In this document: positions 29,436 to 44,869 of the stretch, piece by piece | Position numbering within the stretch: position 1 is the stretch's first letter | How the letters are laid out: every line of letters starts with the position of its first letter | Assembly: GCA_000320545.1 (NCBI GenBank) | Contig: ADNK01000693.1 | Location: 1 to 64,000 of the forward strand | Origin: Bigelowiella natans CCMP2755 | Lineage: Eukaryota; Protista; Cercozoa | DNA length: 64,000 nucleotides | Reading direction: 5' to 3' | Notes under the pieces: generated by a model | The model's database searches: none | Told to the model about the DNA's origin: nothing | What the model saw: the letters and a program-made list of their open reading frames with translations, nothing else | Translations under genes and position numbers: made by a program

Positions 29436-31385
29436 ACAGTGGCAGAAGTTGTGGCAGCAGCGACGAGGATGCGAAAGATGGTAGAAGCTACAATAATCAC
29501 GACAATGGCAATCACGATGACGACGACATCAGCTCTGCTAAGCATAGTCGGCAACGACGATTCTTCAACACTACTACTACTAGTAGTAGTAATAGTTTCC
29601 GTGACAATCAGCAGCACGACGATGGGCTCTATGAGAAGCTAGCACACTCGGTGACTCGAATGGGGTTCATAAACTACTTCGGTGAACAACGATTCTCGAT
29701 GACCCCTGCTCATTTGGGAAAAGCGTATCTATTGAGAAGGTAGATGATGATGATGATGATGATGATGATGACTATCATCAACAAGAAGCAGCTGGAAACA
29801 AGAGAAACATACAAACACACCATACGCTAAACAGATATCTATCACAAATAGCTTCTTCATATACTGTCTTTGTTGTCAATTACATGAAGGTACGTCGATT
29901 GTATTCGGTACATATTGTCGCCTGATATTGACGGGGCAGCGTGGCAGTATGAAGCGTACTATCAGTGGTGGGCTCGGTAGTATTATCCATAATGTTAATG
30001 ATCCATTGTAATAGAAAGCTAATGGTATTTATGATGTTGATGATCCGAAAGAGCAAGAAAATTGCCCCGATTGAATGTGTTGTATAAAGTATTATGTGAG
30101 ATTTATCATCATCCAAAGAACGACTTAGTAATAATAATAATAATAATATTTGTAGTAATATGATGCTGATGATGCTGATGATGGTGATGTGGTGGCAGTG
30201 CTGTATATTGACCGTTGCTTCTTACAATCTATCACCCATCGTTTCACCACTGTTCATTAGGCGGAAAGGACCCATACGAGAAGCAGCAAAAGCAACACTA
30301 CTCTGCGTTCCAAAGCATATGTCATTTATACAAACCTACGTGCTGAGCTATATCATCAAGCATGCAGATAAGGGGATTTCATGGGATGATCAATATGGTG
30401 GGGCTGGGGCTGGGGCTGAGGAGGAGGTTGAGGAGGAGGAGGAGGTTGAGGAGGAGGAGGAGGAGAAGGAGCATATATCATCACCAAAACAAGATGATGA
30501 TAATGATGACGACAAACTCAACAGCCGTTGTGATGATGACGATGACGATGATGACTCTGATTGCAATGAGGAGGAGAAAGAAATCCCGTGCCATTACTTG
30601 AGAAGAAATCATATCTACGCTCTTTGCAGGTTCGTTGTGTCCTGATTAGTAAAGAACACACACTATCTGTATTTATTCATTTCGCCTTTGTAGGAGCGCG
30701 TTCTTATCGATTCCATGGCAGAGTCGGCAACTTGCAGCAAGGCACAACAAATAATATTTCGATAAATGAGAGAGGGAAGGAGAGGGATAGTGATGGGGGG
30801 GGGAAGAGGGGAGAGAGGAGGGAAGAGTAAGAAATATGGGTAAAGCGATGAAAGGGAGGGAAGGTCATAAATAGATCCATAATTATCTTGCTTGACGTAT
30901 GATATATGATATCATTGATGTTGTTCAAGTTAAACAACAACAACAACAACATCATTATCATCATCATTATCATCATCATCATCATCATCATCAAATGATG
31001 TTCTCCATTCTTCCAGCTCATAATTGCATGGGTGTGATGGATGTTGCTGCTGTTGTTGTTGTTGCTGCTGCTGCTACTGATGCGAAACGACGACGACGAC
31101 GAGCAGGGCCTACCACAGCAGAGTTTGGAACTTCTTGGTGACAGAACGTATACATAGGTTGGTTGTTGTTATCATGGTGGTGGTGATGCTACTGCTGCTG
31201 CTGCTGGGGGTGATGGATTCAATACAGGAAGGGGGGGGGTGGTAAGGGTTATGACATACATATTATAATAATATGTGAATGTGTGTTTATATGATAGAAA
31301 ACATCAGCAATAGATTAAGATGATAAGAACGATGTCTACGATGCAAATGGTTAGTGAGTGGGTCTTAATTTGTGGTCTTAGTGTG

Positions 31386-31424
<39 letters not shown>

Positions 31425-31431
31425 CGCTACT

Positions 31432-31469
<38 letters not shown>

Positions 31470-33020
31470 GCTGCGAAGATATGGCTTGCAACTAGTAGCT
31501 GGGGATCTCGTCGTCACAAGTAATAGCAGTATTAGTAGTAGAAGCAACTAAAGAAATTATCAAATTAACAATGACTATTATTGCACACGTGTACAGTTGT
31601 TCGTACTGCTTTGAGTGGGCATTGATGTTATTGTTGTTGTTGTTGTTGTTGTCGTCGTATTTTCCTTGGAACACAATAGGAAATGAAAGTCTTCGGCTAA
31701 TATGCTACTACGCGCCGCCTGAGCCAGCAGCCTTGTTGTTGTCACGTCCCAAAGATGGCCATTATTTTGATGGACAAAATGATGGATATGGAGAAGCATG
31801 CGGAATTAGTCAAGGAGGAGGGGGAAAGAGATGTAAGGCTACAACTTTTGACGATACATTTGAAGTAGCACAAGGAAGAGCTTCACTAAAAGGAGGAGCA
31901 ACTCGAAAAAGGGGATTAGTACACGGAAAGATGACATCCGATGCAAATCTTGGAGATCTTGTTCTTCCTATGCATGGCAGGAAGGTTTGAAGGAATTTCT
32001 GAAAATAAAAGCATGTGAGGAGTATTTGACAACCTCGTCGTTTTACTAAGAAGATCAAGGCTGCTACGCATTTAATAAAACACGCCTCATTTGATTGATG
32101 AAGTTATTGTTGTTTTTGCTTGTATGTTATACTCCTCGGACGTAGGTTCGGTATCCTACTAATGGAGTCGGTAAAATCGCAAAGGTGTACATGGAATACG
32201 ACGGCACCTTCGATGCCATGGTCATATATTCTCCGCAGCAAATTGTTTTCTTTGGCTCTGATTGTTCTGATAGTTGGTTGTTAAACATGACAACGATGAC
32301 GACCCATAGGATTGTTGGTGCTGCAATAATGTTGGCATTTAGTGTTACTGCTATCATCCTCACCATCATCAACAAATGCAACTATCAGACTCTCGAAGGT
32401 ATTGATCGGACGTTTCTAGTTTGGGGATGCTACAGGAACGTTATCGGTACTCCGTACAATCTTTCGATAACACGGCATCAGACTTACAACAACAGAAATT
32501 GTCGTGGCCGTTGCCGCACTGTACAGGTCATTAGTTACTACCAAACGAGACTAGTAAGGAGAGGACGTTCCAAAAGTATCTCCATGAATGATTGATCCAC
32601 ATTGCCGACAATACCTTTATGAAACAGAATAGCAACAGCACCGAGATTGGAACAAGGCGAGGGGGACATGATGAAATAGAAGAAGAACAAGAAGGAATGA
32701 CTAGGGATCTTCTAGATAATACCAATGAACACATTGTAAGCAGAACGACAAGAAGACGACGACAACGGCGACCAATAAAACAGAAGTTTCAGAGGTACAC
32801 CTCACCCGATGAAAGGGGTTTGAGAAATCATCAGAAACTCAAACAGTTTCTTGGAGATTACAATAGTAACCAACCTCCCTCTATCAGCTATAAGAATACA
32901 ACGAAATTTAGGAAAATACCGGAATCAGAAGATCATACCGCTGCGTGCTTGCAATTTGTATTAGATAAGGGAAGTTACGCAACAATGCTGTGTCGGGAGC
33001 TTGTTAATTGCAATCATTAA
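26381..33020 (+). CDS. TruD/Pus7-family pseudouridine synthase with N-terminal hydrophobic leader and degenerate PPR motifs
   Basis: TruD motifs RPSDFVVDEV, GNKDSRAVTTQ (catalytic Asp), GNKFKIVVR, GFINYFGEQRF, GDLVLP, FVLDKGSYATMLCREL. PPR-like YTELISKCGRARRWERALELL and WALAISACAKGREWQLAEMLL lie in the same 883-aa exon. Confidence 0.85.
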
Positions 33021-33797
33021 AACATGTTTGAATAACCAAGTTCATAATGATACTTTGTTCCATATTATGCAAATTAAAGAAAAAATAATTGCCTGTTTAA
33101 AAAAAAATGTATCTTTGTACGTGTACACGCGTGAGCACATGTGCAATTTGCTATTTGAAGAAAAACTAATGCTAATCACTGTTTCACTCTGGCAATGGCA
33201 GTGGTTACTGTGTTTCGGTTGGTCTGTTAGATTTACAAGCCAGATTAAAATTGTATCAAATTAAAGTATCAGAGTGTTCCAATGACGCGTAGCCCTTATT
33301 ATTGCACACATAATGCGCAGTCAATCAGTGGCTGCGCACAAACGATTTGCTGGTGCGACAATTACTTTAAACGCATACCATGTGCTTTATTAACAAGGAG
33401 TATCGATTCCAAGATGTATTTTCACAACTGCTGTTTTTGCATGTATATGTACGTAGTATTGATTACGTATCCGAATCAACATACAGGTGTGCACTGTTGC
33501 TTATATGGCTACGGTTGATGTTAGTATCTTAGATATTGTGCGCAGCACTCTTGTTATTCGTCTTACAGCTGAAACCGTCGCTTGGTGTGACATAGGCCCA
33601 GGCACATATTTGAGCATCCATGTACTCGCAAAAGTAAATCAAGCACAACGCACAACCCATGATCATTCCTTGCAATAAAAAGCATAGCTCTACTATCATA
33701 ATCATAACCACCCTCTAATGATTTTTTATGTACATTGCTTCACCATCACATACATTATTTCATCAAGGATCATCCTCTTAACTACTACAGTAATCAT

Positions 33798-34295
33798 CTA
33801 TCGATGTTCGACTCTAATGCTACTTCCTGATCTTACAGCTCGAAACCTAACACAATAATAGTGAAATAAACAAGTTGAAAATCATACGAGAAGGGCAAAT
33901 AAGCTATGTGGCTCTAGTTTTATTCTCAATGTGTAAATGCAAAATAAGCTCAAAATCCATTTCTTTTTTAGTTGTTATCGAATATCGATACGTTTTTACC
34001 TCTCCCCTTTTGTATCATTTGACAGCAAATCCAACACGGGAGGGGAGCGTTGGTATCCTATGAACACTGTATGCACTGCGACACCTACCGAGTTGAGACG
34101 ATAAACACTAATTACAGTAATAACTACATGATGAGGAAACATAATGCTTTGTTTCTGGCTGATTCGAATCATACTTGTTAGTAGTCTTATTATTACCAAT
34201 TGATAGTAATACCTAATGCATGAGCTAATTGACGCTCCACAGTGACACGACAGTCGCCTGGTGTTTGTTGTTGTTAGATTTGAACAATACATGCA

Positions 34296-34332
<37 letters not shown>

Positions 34333-35165
34333 ATTTCATCATCATCGTCGTCGTCGTCCAATATAAATAATCAAAGGATCATAAATAAGCTAACAAAACA
34401 ACATTAGTTGCTGCTACTACCACATATAGGGGTAGAGTTGTTGTTGTAAGGTTTGTGTTTTTGTTATTGTTATTGTAGTTGTTGTTACCACATATGTACC
34501 TTGATTAGGCAGACCATCAGTGAGAAAAAGGATGTGTCTATTGGGTTTTTTGCTGCTGCCACTATTGATCGATGAGGATGATAATGACGACGACGACGAT
34601 GATGATGATGATGAAGTAGAGGAGTACATCCTGGATCGAGGATTCTTCGTTATCAACCCCAACACACACACAGCAAACGTAAAACAATCAGAACGATACA
34701 CAGCAGCAGCAGCAGTATTGTGATGAAAGAAGGAGAAACAACTTTACACATTATATCATCACACAAATCAACAGCAGAAAAATTGTTGTCGTTGCTGTTG
34801 TTGTTGTTGTTGTTGTTGCAGTCGTTCTCACTTTTTGAGGGGTAAGATTTTCAAACTCCATGAGAGCATCCTTAAGAGGATCTTGGTAGTTGGTATAACC
34901 ATCACAGTGAAGTGCAGCTGCAAGCTCGCATACCTTATTGTGCCGATGATAATTTAAATATTATGATGAATAAGAGGATGATGATGATGATGATGGCATT
35001 TATGAATCTTCTTTACTAACATCTATCACACAGCAATTAATATAATTACCATCATTATCATCAAACGGTCACTGTATTGGTATAAGTCAACGGTGCATCG
35101 TATGAATTGTCAAGATCATATACAACAACAACATATTGAGAGATCACAATCATGATAACATACAA

Positions 35166-35247
<82 letters not shown>

Positions 35248-36525
35248 CACTGTGGCACTACCACCACTGCTACGTGAGTACCTTATCATGATCTCTTGAA
35301 AAGAATTGTCCCTTTGGAGTGTACTTTTTACTTTGATGATTGAACTCGATATAGCTGAGGATGCATAGGACATTAGATCACTATAAGTACCACTTGTTTG
35401 TCATGTTAAGCATAGAGGAGGGAGGGAGGGGAGGGAGGGAGGGAGGGTGTATACGAGGATGAGGGGCATCAGCTAGCCACGCCGATTATAATCATCATGT
35501 ATATTCCAGAAGAGAATGATGGAGGGGAGGAGGGGGAAGATGCATTGTTTATTATGAAGAAGTCTTCAAGGAAGCAACACGTAGTACTATGTATGGCTGC
35601 CTCTTTCGGTAGGTTCTTCTTACTATGATTCATATCTACACGTGATCATCATACTCTTGATTATCATCATCTGACTACCCTACTCGCATCCAATTCTTCT
35701 TAGCAATGTGGATCAACCGTTGTATTACCTGAAGGAGGAACAATAAACTCAGTGGGTAATAATAATAACAATAGTAACAATAATAATAACAATAATAATA
35801 ATAGCTACACTATACTCTATCTGCTACAGCTACTATCGCTGCTGCTTCTGCCTCCTTTTGTTGCTGCTTGTTGTTGATAATGATATAATACTCTTTCTTT
35901 CGGTAAGAATGCCGACTACTAATAAGCATTCCCAATCATAAATCATAGCGTATTATTGACAGACCCTCTATTATGACTGACCGGATATGTTCTTTTCCTT
36001 AAAGAATCATTCATTAATTCGTTGAATAATGTGTTGTTATTTACTACCTCAGATGCCCACTGCGCTTTGATTCCATTCATTGAACCAGAAATGTCACGTA
36101 AAATAGCTAACTCACCACTTGTTTTCTCAGACGCTCTTTCATCAGCAGCAAGCAGCCCCGTGTAATGAATGGAGGGAGGAGGAGGAGGAGGAGGAGACAG
36201 CACCATATACACATATAAACAAATATAATACACACACATATTAATATATGATACATTAAGGATGCATTTCCTATCATATTTCTGTTGTCCGCCCCCCCCC
36301 CCCAGCCCCTCGCTCTCTCACCTTCCTGTTATGACTGTGTTGTTTTGTCCCATAAACAAATATGGTGTGCTGCTACTGCTGCTACTACTTCTATCAAGTA
36401 TCACTACCTCTCCATTGATCGTGGTAGTGTTGGCATTGGATTTGCGACCCAATTGGCCATTTCTGCAGGTTCGCTATCTTCCATATCACCTTTTATGTAC
36501 GTAAGTGACAACCACCGAAAGGCAG

Positions 36526-36560
<35 letters not shown>

Positions 36561-38778
36561 ATTATATGATGATATATATTAATATCTAAACTGTAGGACA
36601 GAGAGAAAGAGCAACTTCTAGCTGATTATAGCATAATAATTAGATTACTTATAAAGATGTTATCATTCTCATTTGTACTCTCATTGCATATTGTGAAATC
36701 GCTGACTACAAATATAACAATATCTATTGTTCTTTATATATCATATCAGTAAAAGCAGCTAGAGTTAGAGTTATCACCAAAGCTCCTCGAGGGTTTCCAT
36801 TTTCGAGGGACCCCACTAGATGAAGGACCGCCAGTCACCTTTGCGCGCTGTAAATTGATTAATTTATCAATACTTATTTGTTCGCAACTCATAGAATGAT
36901 GATAGAAGCAGGTTTTTACATCAGGAAAAACACTTTGTAGTATATGTTTTGTCGCCGCATCATCATCATCATCATCATCATCATCATTATTTTCCCACGA
37001 TGATTGTTAATCAATGTACTCAAAGAGAGTATCTGTACTTTGAATAAGGCCTTGCCCCTGTTCTTCTTATTCTTTGTTATCATTATTGTTATTTATGTTA
37101 CAAACTGTCCGTTGGTTTGTCTATGGTTGTTGTTGTCTCATTGTTGCCAATGATTAAGATGTGTTTGCTGAACCAACCTGCATTCTCCCTGAAAGTGCAT
37201 TGAGCAATAAATCCATGTTTTCTATTTGCGAGGAAGAAGACTCATACTGTTCCTCCAAGCTCTGATGGTGATGGTGGTGGTGTGATGATGATGATTATGA
37301 TTATGATGATGTTTACTATTATAATGCTAACGACACACACACACACACACACCACATACACATGGAAAACACATGGACCTTCGTTGCTGTATAGGGGTTA
37401 GGCCACTGCCTGATGTGCCCGTTTTCCTTATCATCATCTATGTTATAATGTGAAAAAGAGAGAGAGAACGAGGGGGGGAGGGAGGGAATTAGCGTGAAAC
37501 AGCAAGCGCTGTACATAATCTAATTGTCATAATGAATGAAGTGCGTGATGACAATGATTGGTAGGTGGTGAGCAATCATCATGATCAATACTGTTGACCA
37601 TTGCTGCTGTCTGTCGGTCGTTCATCACGATGTGTGAGTGAATCATCCAAATTTCATCATCATCATCATCATTTGCTGTCTATTCTCCTGCTATTTACAA
37701 CTACTGGGATTGCTACTATTGCTGGTACTACTACTACTTTTACTACTACTACTACCCTTTTCTTTGTCTGCTGCTGTTGTTGTTTCCTCATCGTCCAAGG
37801 GGTTATTAGCATCGGTCCCCTCTTTCTCATCACCATCATTCTTGCCGCTATTCATCGAGTCATTCTGGTGTGCAATTTTATTTGAGGGGAGGATTGTTTG
37901 TATAACATCATTTAGTCGTTCAAAGAGGGAGCAAACAAGACAATGAGCTAATACAATTGTTATTTATCGTCATCTTCATCGAGTTGTATCACCATCTTGT
38001 AGTCTTGCTGTGTCTTATTGAGAATGAAATCGATCATCTTTTGAAGAGACCTAGTTTGACGATATGGTTCAAGTGGAATGTGTGTGTTATCGTACTACTA
38101 TCTAGATGACGACGATGATGATGATGATGATGATGATGAGGATACTCACACCAATTAAACGAATGTTAGCTAGAAATCATATAAGATCTCACAAGTTGGT
38201 TTTACCAACAGGAGGCTAATCGTAATGTTTGTGTTGCGTTTAAGTAACACCTGCTGCCCGTTTGCTGCTGCTGTTCCTGTTCCTGATTTGCTCCTTCCTT
38301 GTTATGCTTCTAAATGACAGTGGAAAAAGGGAGAATCAAGACATCAACCATACACATGTTATGTAAACATTTAGCTGGTAGCTTTAGCTAAATGATAAGA
38401 AGTGCGAAACACACTGGTTCAATAGGAAGAACAATGTGCACACAACCCCCGCCATCACCAGCATTACTATAAACAGCAGCAGCAGCAGCAGTAGTCCTAA
38501 GAACAATTAACTCATCAACTAACCGACTGACTAACCAACCTCGAGAATATCGAAGTCTATCGTCAATCTAGGTGCCGCAGAAGAAGATGAAGAAGATGAT
38601 GATAATGACGAATCCTGTGGAAATTAAGGTAAAAACATATGTATCTAATAAGATACGACTGCGGAATGAAGATGAATATAATTATATGTGTATAGATATA
38701 TTGGCAGGTAATAAATAATTCTCTATTACGTTAGGAGGATGAGATGTCATATATCATAAAGGCCCTCTCTTTCTCTCG

Positions 38779-38823
<45 letters not shown>

Positions 38824-39214
38824 CTAAGGTGGCAAGGAAGCTAGAAGAGAGATCAGGACGAGTGATGAATATCTTTAACACAACACTATACAGCTCGTTT
38901 GTAAAACATGCAGCGGTTGGGAGAAAACCATGCACGCAAGTAGAGAAATCGTTAGTTTTTTGAAATGACTGAGTATACTGCTCCTGCTACTACCACACAT
39001 GGTTGCTTGTTTGTTTTCTAAATCTTTCACACACTACTGTAATCTTCTATATTCTGAGAGTACATGTGGTGCATAGGAAGAAGATGAGGAGACAGAGCTA
39101 GAAGATGAACGTTCTGCAATAACATATGAGATGGTGGGTAGGGAGAGAGTAGCAAGGGCGTGAGGAAGGGGATTAAATAGATAATGAAGAGGACGATGAT
39201 GATGATGCTGCGGG

Positions 39215-39252
<38 letters not shown>

Positions 39253-39959
39253 GATCAACCTCCATTACTTCCTCCTGCTCCTGGCTCTTCACCCTGTACT
39301 CCTCCTCCTTCTCCTCTACTATCATTTTTCATCGTTGTGTTGTTGTCGCTAGAGGAAGCAGGAGGCGAAGAGGGGGATCCTTGATTGTTGTTACCATTGT
39401 TGTTGTTATGAGGATTGCCATCCTCCTCTCCCCCCTCCTTTCCATCAGTACCCTCATTCCCTGCTGCTGCTGATGATAATGATAATTAAAAAAAATGGGG
39501 CGATAACAGTGACAGCCGTCAATCGGAGGAAGAAGCAAACAGCACCAAAGAACAATGAATGGAATGGTCCTCTTTTCGAAAAAAAGCCAAACGACGGGAC
39601 AATAACCTATCTCATTTAGGTCAAAGCAGTCTAACAGCATTAGCATATCAGCATTACCATCACCTGCATTTTCTCCTTCTTTCTTCTTTTTCTTCTCTTC
39701 CTCCTCTGTCTTCATATTGTTATTGCCCTCTTGTTCAATTTTTTTTTCTTCTTCTTCCTCCTCCTCCTCGTCCTCCTCACGGTCCTTAAGAGTCTCCAGG
39801 AGCGCATTTATCAGTAATGGAACCTTGGGGGCATTGCATAGTTATTATTGTGGTGGTGGTGGTAGTAGTAAAACCGTATCAATGCTTTCAGATTAAATAC
39901 TGTGCCAAACTTGCCTTTACTCCTTGCTCTCATTCCACCACTATCACCAACATCTTCAC

Positions 39960-39991
<32 letters not shown>

Positions 39992-40237
39992 CACCATGAA
40001 AAGGTAGGGTATGAAGTATATAGTAGTACCTCCTTGTGGACTTCTGGAGGCACTCTATACGTTGTAATCAGTGACAATACCTAGCAGCACCGATCAATGA
40101 GAACAAGTAAAAGAATAAGAAGAAGAAGAAGAAGATTATATGTCTCTCCCTTTCCCCTTTCCCTCTTCCAGTAAAGAATCAAACAGTTTTGCTTGTAATT
40201 CATTTTCTTCCTCATTTTCTTTACTAGTTTTCTTCTT

Positions 40238-40268
<31 letters not shown>

Positions 40269-40816
40269 ATCTGCTACTATTCTAACCTTGAGATCCTCCG
40301 GAGTTACGTGCATCCTCCCGTTAAGCAATGCATGGGCCTTTAGCACCTGATTACATAATCACAAGATGATAATTATGATCACAAGATGATGCTCATGATG
40401 GCAATCATCACGATGATGCGATGAGAACGAAAATACTAGGTGTAGGGGATATACACAACAATATAAGCTTTCTCTTCCTCTAGAGATTGAAAATAGATGT
40501 GTTGATAAAGTAGTTATGATTAAGGCAAAGGCGTGATTAGCATAGCCGTAGAAGAATCCTATCTACTAGTAGTACTAGATGTGTTATCATTGTCGTTATT
40601 ACTACACCGCCACCTTAACGGTTTTGACAAGCATAGTGCGGTCGGAGAGTATGTGGTTATGATCCTGCACCTTTTATCATTACAATGATCATCAATCATC
40701 ATAAGTCAGGGATAGAGAAAATATAAAAATACGACGATGATGTGACATTACCATTGTGAATGATTCATCATCCAACATGTCACTGATTGCAAGTACACTT
40801 AGCCGTAGTAGTAGTC

Positions 40817-40850
<34 letters not shown>

Positions 40851-42040
40851 AAATAGTAGTCATGAGTCCTCCTCCTATTCCTATTCTCCCTCCCTTCAGC
40901 ACTCTGAGCTGGTGACAATATCATAAAATGCTGCTACCACCACTACTACTACTGCTAGTGCTAATGCTGCTACCACTAGTAATACTCCTAATACTACTTC
41001 TACTACTACTCTATCGTCATTTTCCAGTGCTTGTATGAATGATAGGAGTAACCGCTTCACTTTAATGGGAACCTTAGTACATCATGATTATCAGGATTAA
41101 AGTCGTTATCATTGCTCTCACTCTCCGCCTCTTCCTCCTTCTCCTCCTCCTCCTCCTCCTCCTCCTCCTCCTCCTCATCATCATCATCACTATCATTAAG
41201 ATGGCAAATAAGAAAAAGGTAACAATAGTGGGCTGTAGTGGTATTTGTAATATTCGTAGTATAGTTGTAGTAGTACATGAACGTAAGATGCAAGCTTTTG
41301 AGAATCTCTCAAGAGATCTAAATTCATTTGCTGCTGCTGTTGCTGCTGCCTATACACGACGTTGGATCGGTGAAAGAGAGAATGAGAGAGTAGTACCAAG
41401 GTCAGTCGTCATCATTTGCTCACAAAACAGTTTTTGTACGTACGTCTGTTTGTACCTCGATTTCTTCCACAACATCATACTACTACTACTACTACTACTT
41501 GATAGACTTATTGTGGCTATAATTGGTATTCATGCATGTTCTTACATTTTTCTATCATCATAATCCTTCTCTTCCACTTCTTCTTCATTCAGCTTGTCAT
41601 TCTCTTTTAGAAATCCAGAACTTGTCGTAGTTGTCAAATCCCCAAAGTCGTCCATGAGCTGGTATCAGTCAATGACATTATTATTATTATTAATAATAAT
41701 AATAGATAGGGACAACAATCAAGTTGCATTGTGATCGATTCCTCTCAAAGGATGATGTCGTCGTACGTGGGCATGTTGTTTGCATCATCATCATTCGTCA
41801 TGTTCATCGTTGAAAATATTGTCAATACCTGCAACGCATCTTCCCAATTGTGATCCTGAATTAAGCTCTTCGATTCCACCTATTCATCAGTTTATTGTCA
41901 ATACTCTATAAGGAGTCAATCAATAATCAGTCATGCCGAAGAGAGAGATTACATGGATATAAATCATATCTCCTTTTATCATCTTCCACTTCAATCGTCA
42001 GCAAGTCATCTCATCGTATAGCACGAGAAGTTATATAGTG

Positions 42041-42073
<33 letters not shown>

Positions 42074-43196
42074 ATAGTAGTAATGGTAGCAAAGGTAGCA
42101 CTTACTTGCAGCACAAACCGATCTAAATTGGCAGGGTCTAGGGGTTCGTTGTAATATGATTCGTCGCTCGATGGATTTCCTACAACAATTAGTGAGTGAC
42201 TGAGTGACTGATTAATTTGAGAAGGAAGAGGAAGAAAAAGATGACCAGGCAAGTAAGTGGATAAATCATTAATTCCTCTTCTTCTTCTTCTTCTTATTAT
42301 TATTATCATTATTATTTACTACAACCCTGCTACCTGTCGCAATAGCGGTCAGAAGAGGAATGCTTTCTCCCTGAAACTTACGTTCATTCAATAACCTAAG
42401 GAGGATATTCAATGCCTCGCCTTTAACAACAACAATTTAGAAGAAGAACATCATCAGATAATTGAAGATATAAAGTGTTGTTGCAATCAATTGTACTACT
42501 ACTAATACTACAACTAGTACTCGGTGAAGGAAGGAAAATGTTGTTTTGTGCTTCTTCTTCTTTCTTATCACCAGGAGCACGACTGATATCGTCCAGAACG
42601 CACATGTCACAAGTCAAAATTCCACCGCGATTATTCATCTAACGTATTGGTGTCAGACATTTATTAGTGCATAGAAGGAGTAACATCAAATATTGACGAC
42701 TTAGAGTAAGTATAGCAGCTATTGAGTATCAATACATTATCTAACAAATACTAGTTGTAGCAATACTATTGAAGTAGCAACCTGCTTGATTATTTCTCCT
42801 CCAGTCTCATCGTGTGTTGATTTGACCAAAACCTTGCGATAGATAGTATACAACAAGATTCTTTATTACTCCTCGAAATCACGTTACATATTATTCACAA
42901 CACTCAAAAAGATTATTATTTTGTTGATCCACTTAGAAATAGACTACTACTACCGTGTCGCCAATTAGCTCAGAAAGACGTGTATCTCTATGGAATTGAT
43001 AGAAAAAAAAATCGCCTCCAAACAACGCAGCCGTCGTCTCTGAAATTGTGAAAAATATGATCATAAGCATAAAATCCAACTCTTTCGTTCGTTTAACAAA
43101 TGCACTGTGTTTTGCCTCCTCTTCTCTCTCGCTCATCAATAACTGCCACTCCTCCTTGCGACGAGTAACAGGCTAGGAGACATGGAGGCGGAGACA

Positions 43197-43232
<36 letters not shown>

Positions 43233-44700
43233 CACGGAAAAACATATCCGACAAAATTAACTTTTTTTCGTAAGCTACCTGCAAGCATTGTTTTGCCTGT
43301 TCCCGGAGGTCCTTCAACGTAGACATGCTCTCTCGCTAGCAATGCGAGTAACACCGCTTCCTTCACGACAGAATGCCCAACCACGCATTTGTTTAATGAT
43401 TTCTATGTGAATAACATGTACGAACGCCTTAGATTGCGCACAAACTACTCTATTTGCCAATCTTCATTAATCCGATTGACGACAAGAAGAAAGACAGAAA
43501 GGGACATTGTGCGGCTACCCAAGGAGAACGAAAATAACAATCAAAGGCAAAGTCTCATTTGCTAATCTCATTAAATCATAATCACAATTCTTGATCTTTA
43601 CCGTATAGTCGTTACGATAATGAACAACAATCACATTTGGAACCTCCTCGAGTTTCTTACATATTTCTTTTGATTGATTGACACCTTAACTTCTTTCAGC
43701 CCAGCGAATATTTCTTTCTCCTTTGACTTAAGCTTAAGAGTGAGTGTTGGCCGTTTCTGATTTTGTCTCCTGATGAGGAGGATGGATTTGTTGTAAAACA
43801 TTCCAGATAAGTCAGCTGAACATGACAGACTAATCTCCGAAGAAGGGCCTCGCTCTCTCCCTATTTCCCCAAAATCAAATATTTTAATTTCGAATAATGA
43901 AGCAGCGTAGTTCAATGACACTAATGCTGCATATTGTCTAACTAACTACAACATCTCATCATCATCATATTCTCATTGTGTCATCACCATCATCATCATA
44001 CATGTTGCTGCCCAATGAATGTGAGTAACCAACTGTCAACGTAGTGCAATATCGTAGTACCTCTTCGAGTGATTTCTGATCAGTATTAAATGTGGTGATG
44101 GTGATGGCACTCGGGAATAGCGCCGCAACCCTGAATTTGTTGCATGTATATTTAGCAAGCCAAGTTGAAACACTGCACCAAATGATGAACAACAACACTA
44201 CTCACATGGCAACCGATGAACAGCCAGCATTATCCTTCTCCTATTACGCAATAAACAAACACAAATGCAATAATGGCCGAGGTACAAGAAGAACAATAGA
44301 TGTTTACTGCAAAACATCCGCATATTGAGTCGTGTGGTGGAGTATATTAGTCGCTGGGACATTATGTGGTAAATAAACGATTCGGATGATGACACCAAAG
44401 TTTCCCCCCTCAAAACCTAATCTCCACAAAGCATGAACATGTCACCTTTAAAGCACTTGATATGATCGATGCAACAGACGAATCAGAGTTGCTGCCCTCC
44501 TATCGTTATTCCGAAGCAGAGCAGTAGAAGCAAAACAGTTATGTGTTGGATGGATGGACTCGGCAGCAGGGTGGTAGATAGGTAGCTACCACTTACTTAC
44601 TAGCTGGTGTTTTGGTCAGTGTTGTCTGTCTGGTGCTCTCAATATCTCCTCCTCCTCCTCCTCCTCTGATGACGATGATGATGATCAGGGCACGTCGACG
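33798..44700 (-). CDS. RavA/MoxR-type AAA+ ATPase with C-terminal vWA (MIDAS) domain; many exons, 5' end approximate
   Basis: VGHSVVKEAVLLALLAREHVYVEGPPGTGKT (Walker A, ~43280-43400), VLDDISRA (Walker B), LNILLRLLNER, DPANLDRF, lid SDRTMLVK..LKAHALLNGR..VTPEDL. vWA: RDISGSM (~36080), DGYTNY, LFLTDGLPNQG, VHTVFIG. Stop ...IRVEHR* at 33798. Confidence 0.78.
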
Positions 44701-44869
44701 TATGTACGAGATGTCTCGGAGATGACGGTATTATTAATGGTTATTGATGAATGAAGAAACGCCCTACATTTTCTAATAAATATAACATATTTTTGGCATT
44801 ATGACTAATATTTCGGTTGTTGCTACTGCACGTGTAGATCTACATCTTAATGATCTACATGAACACAGA

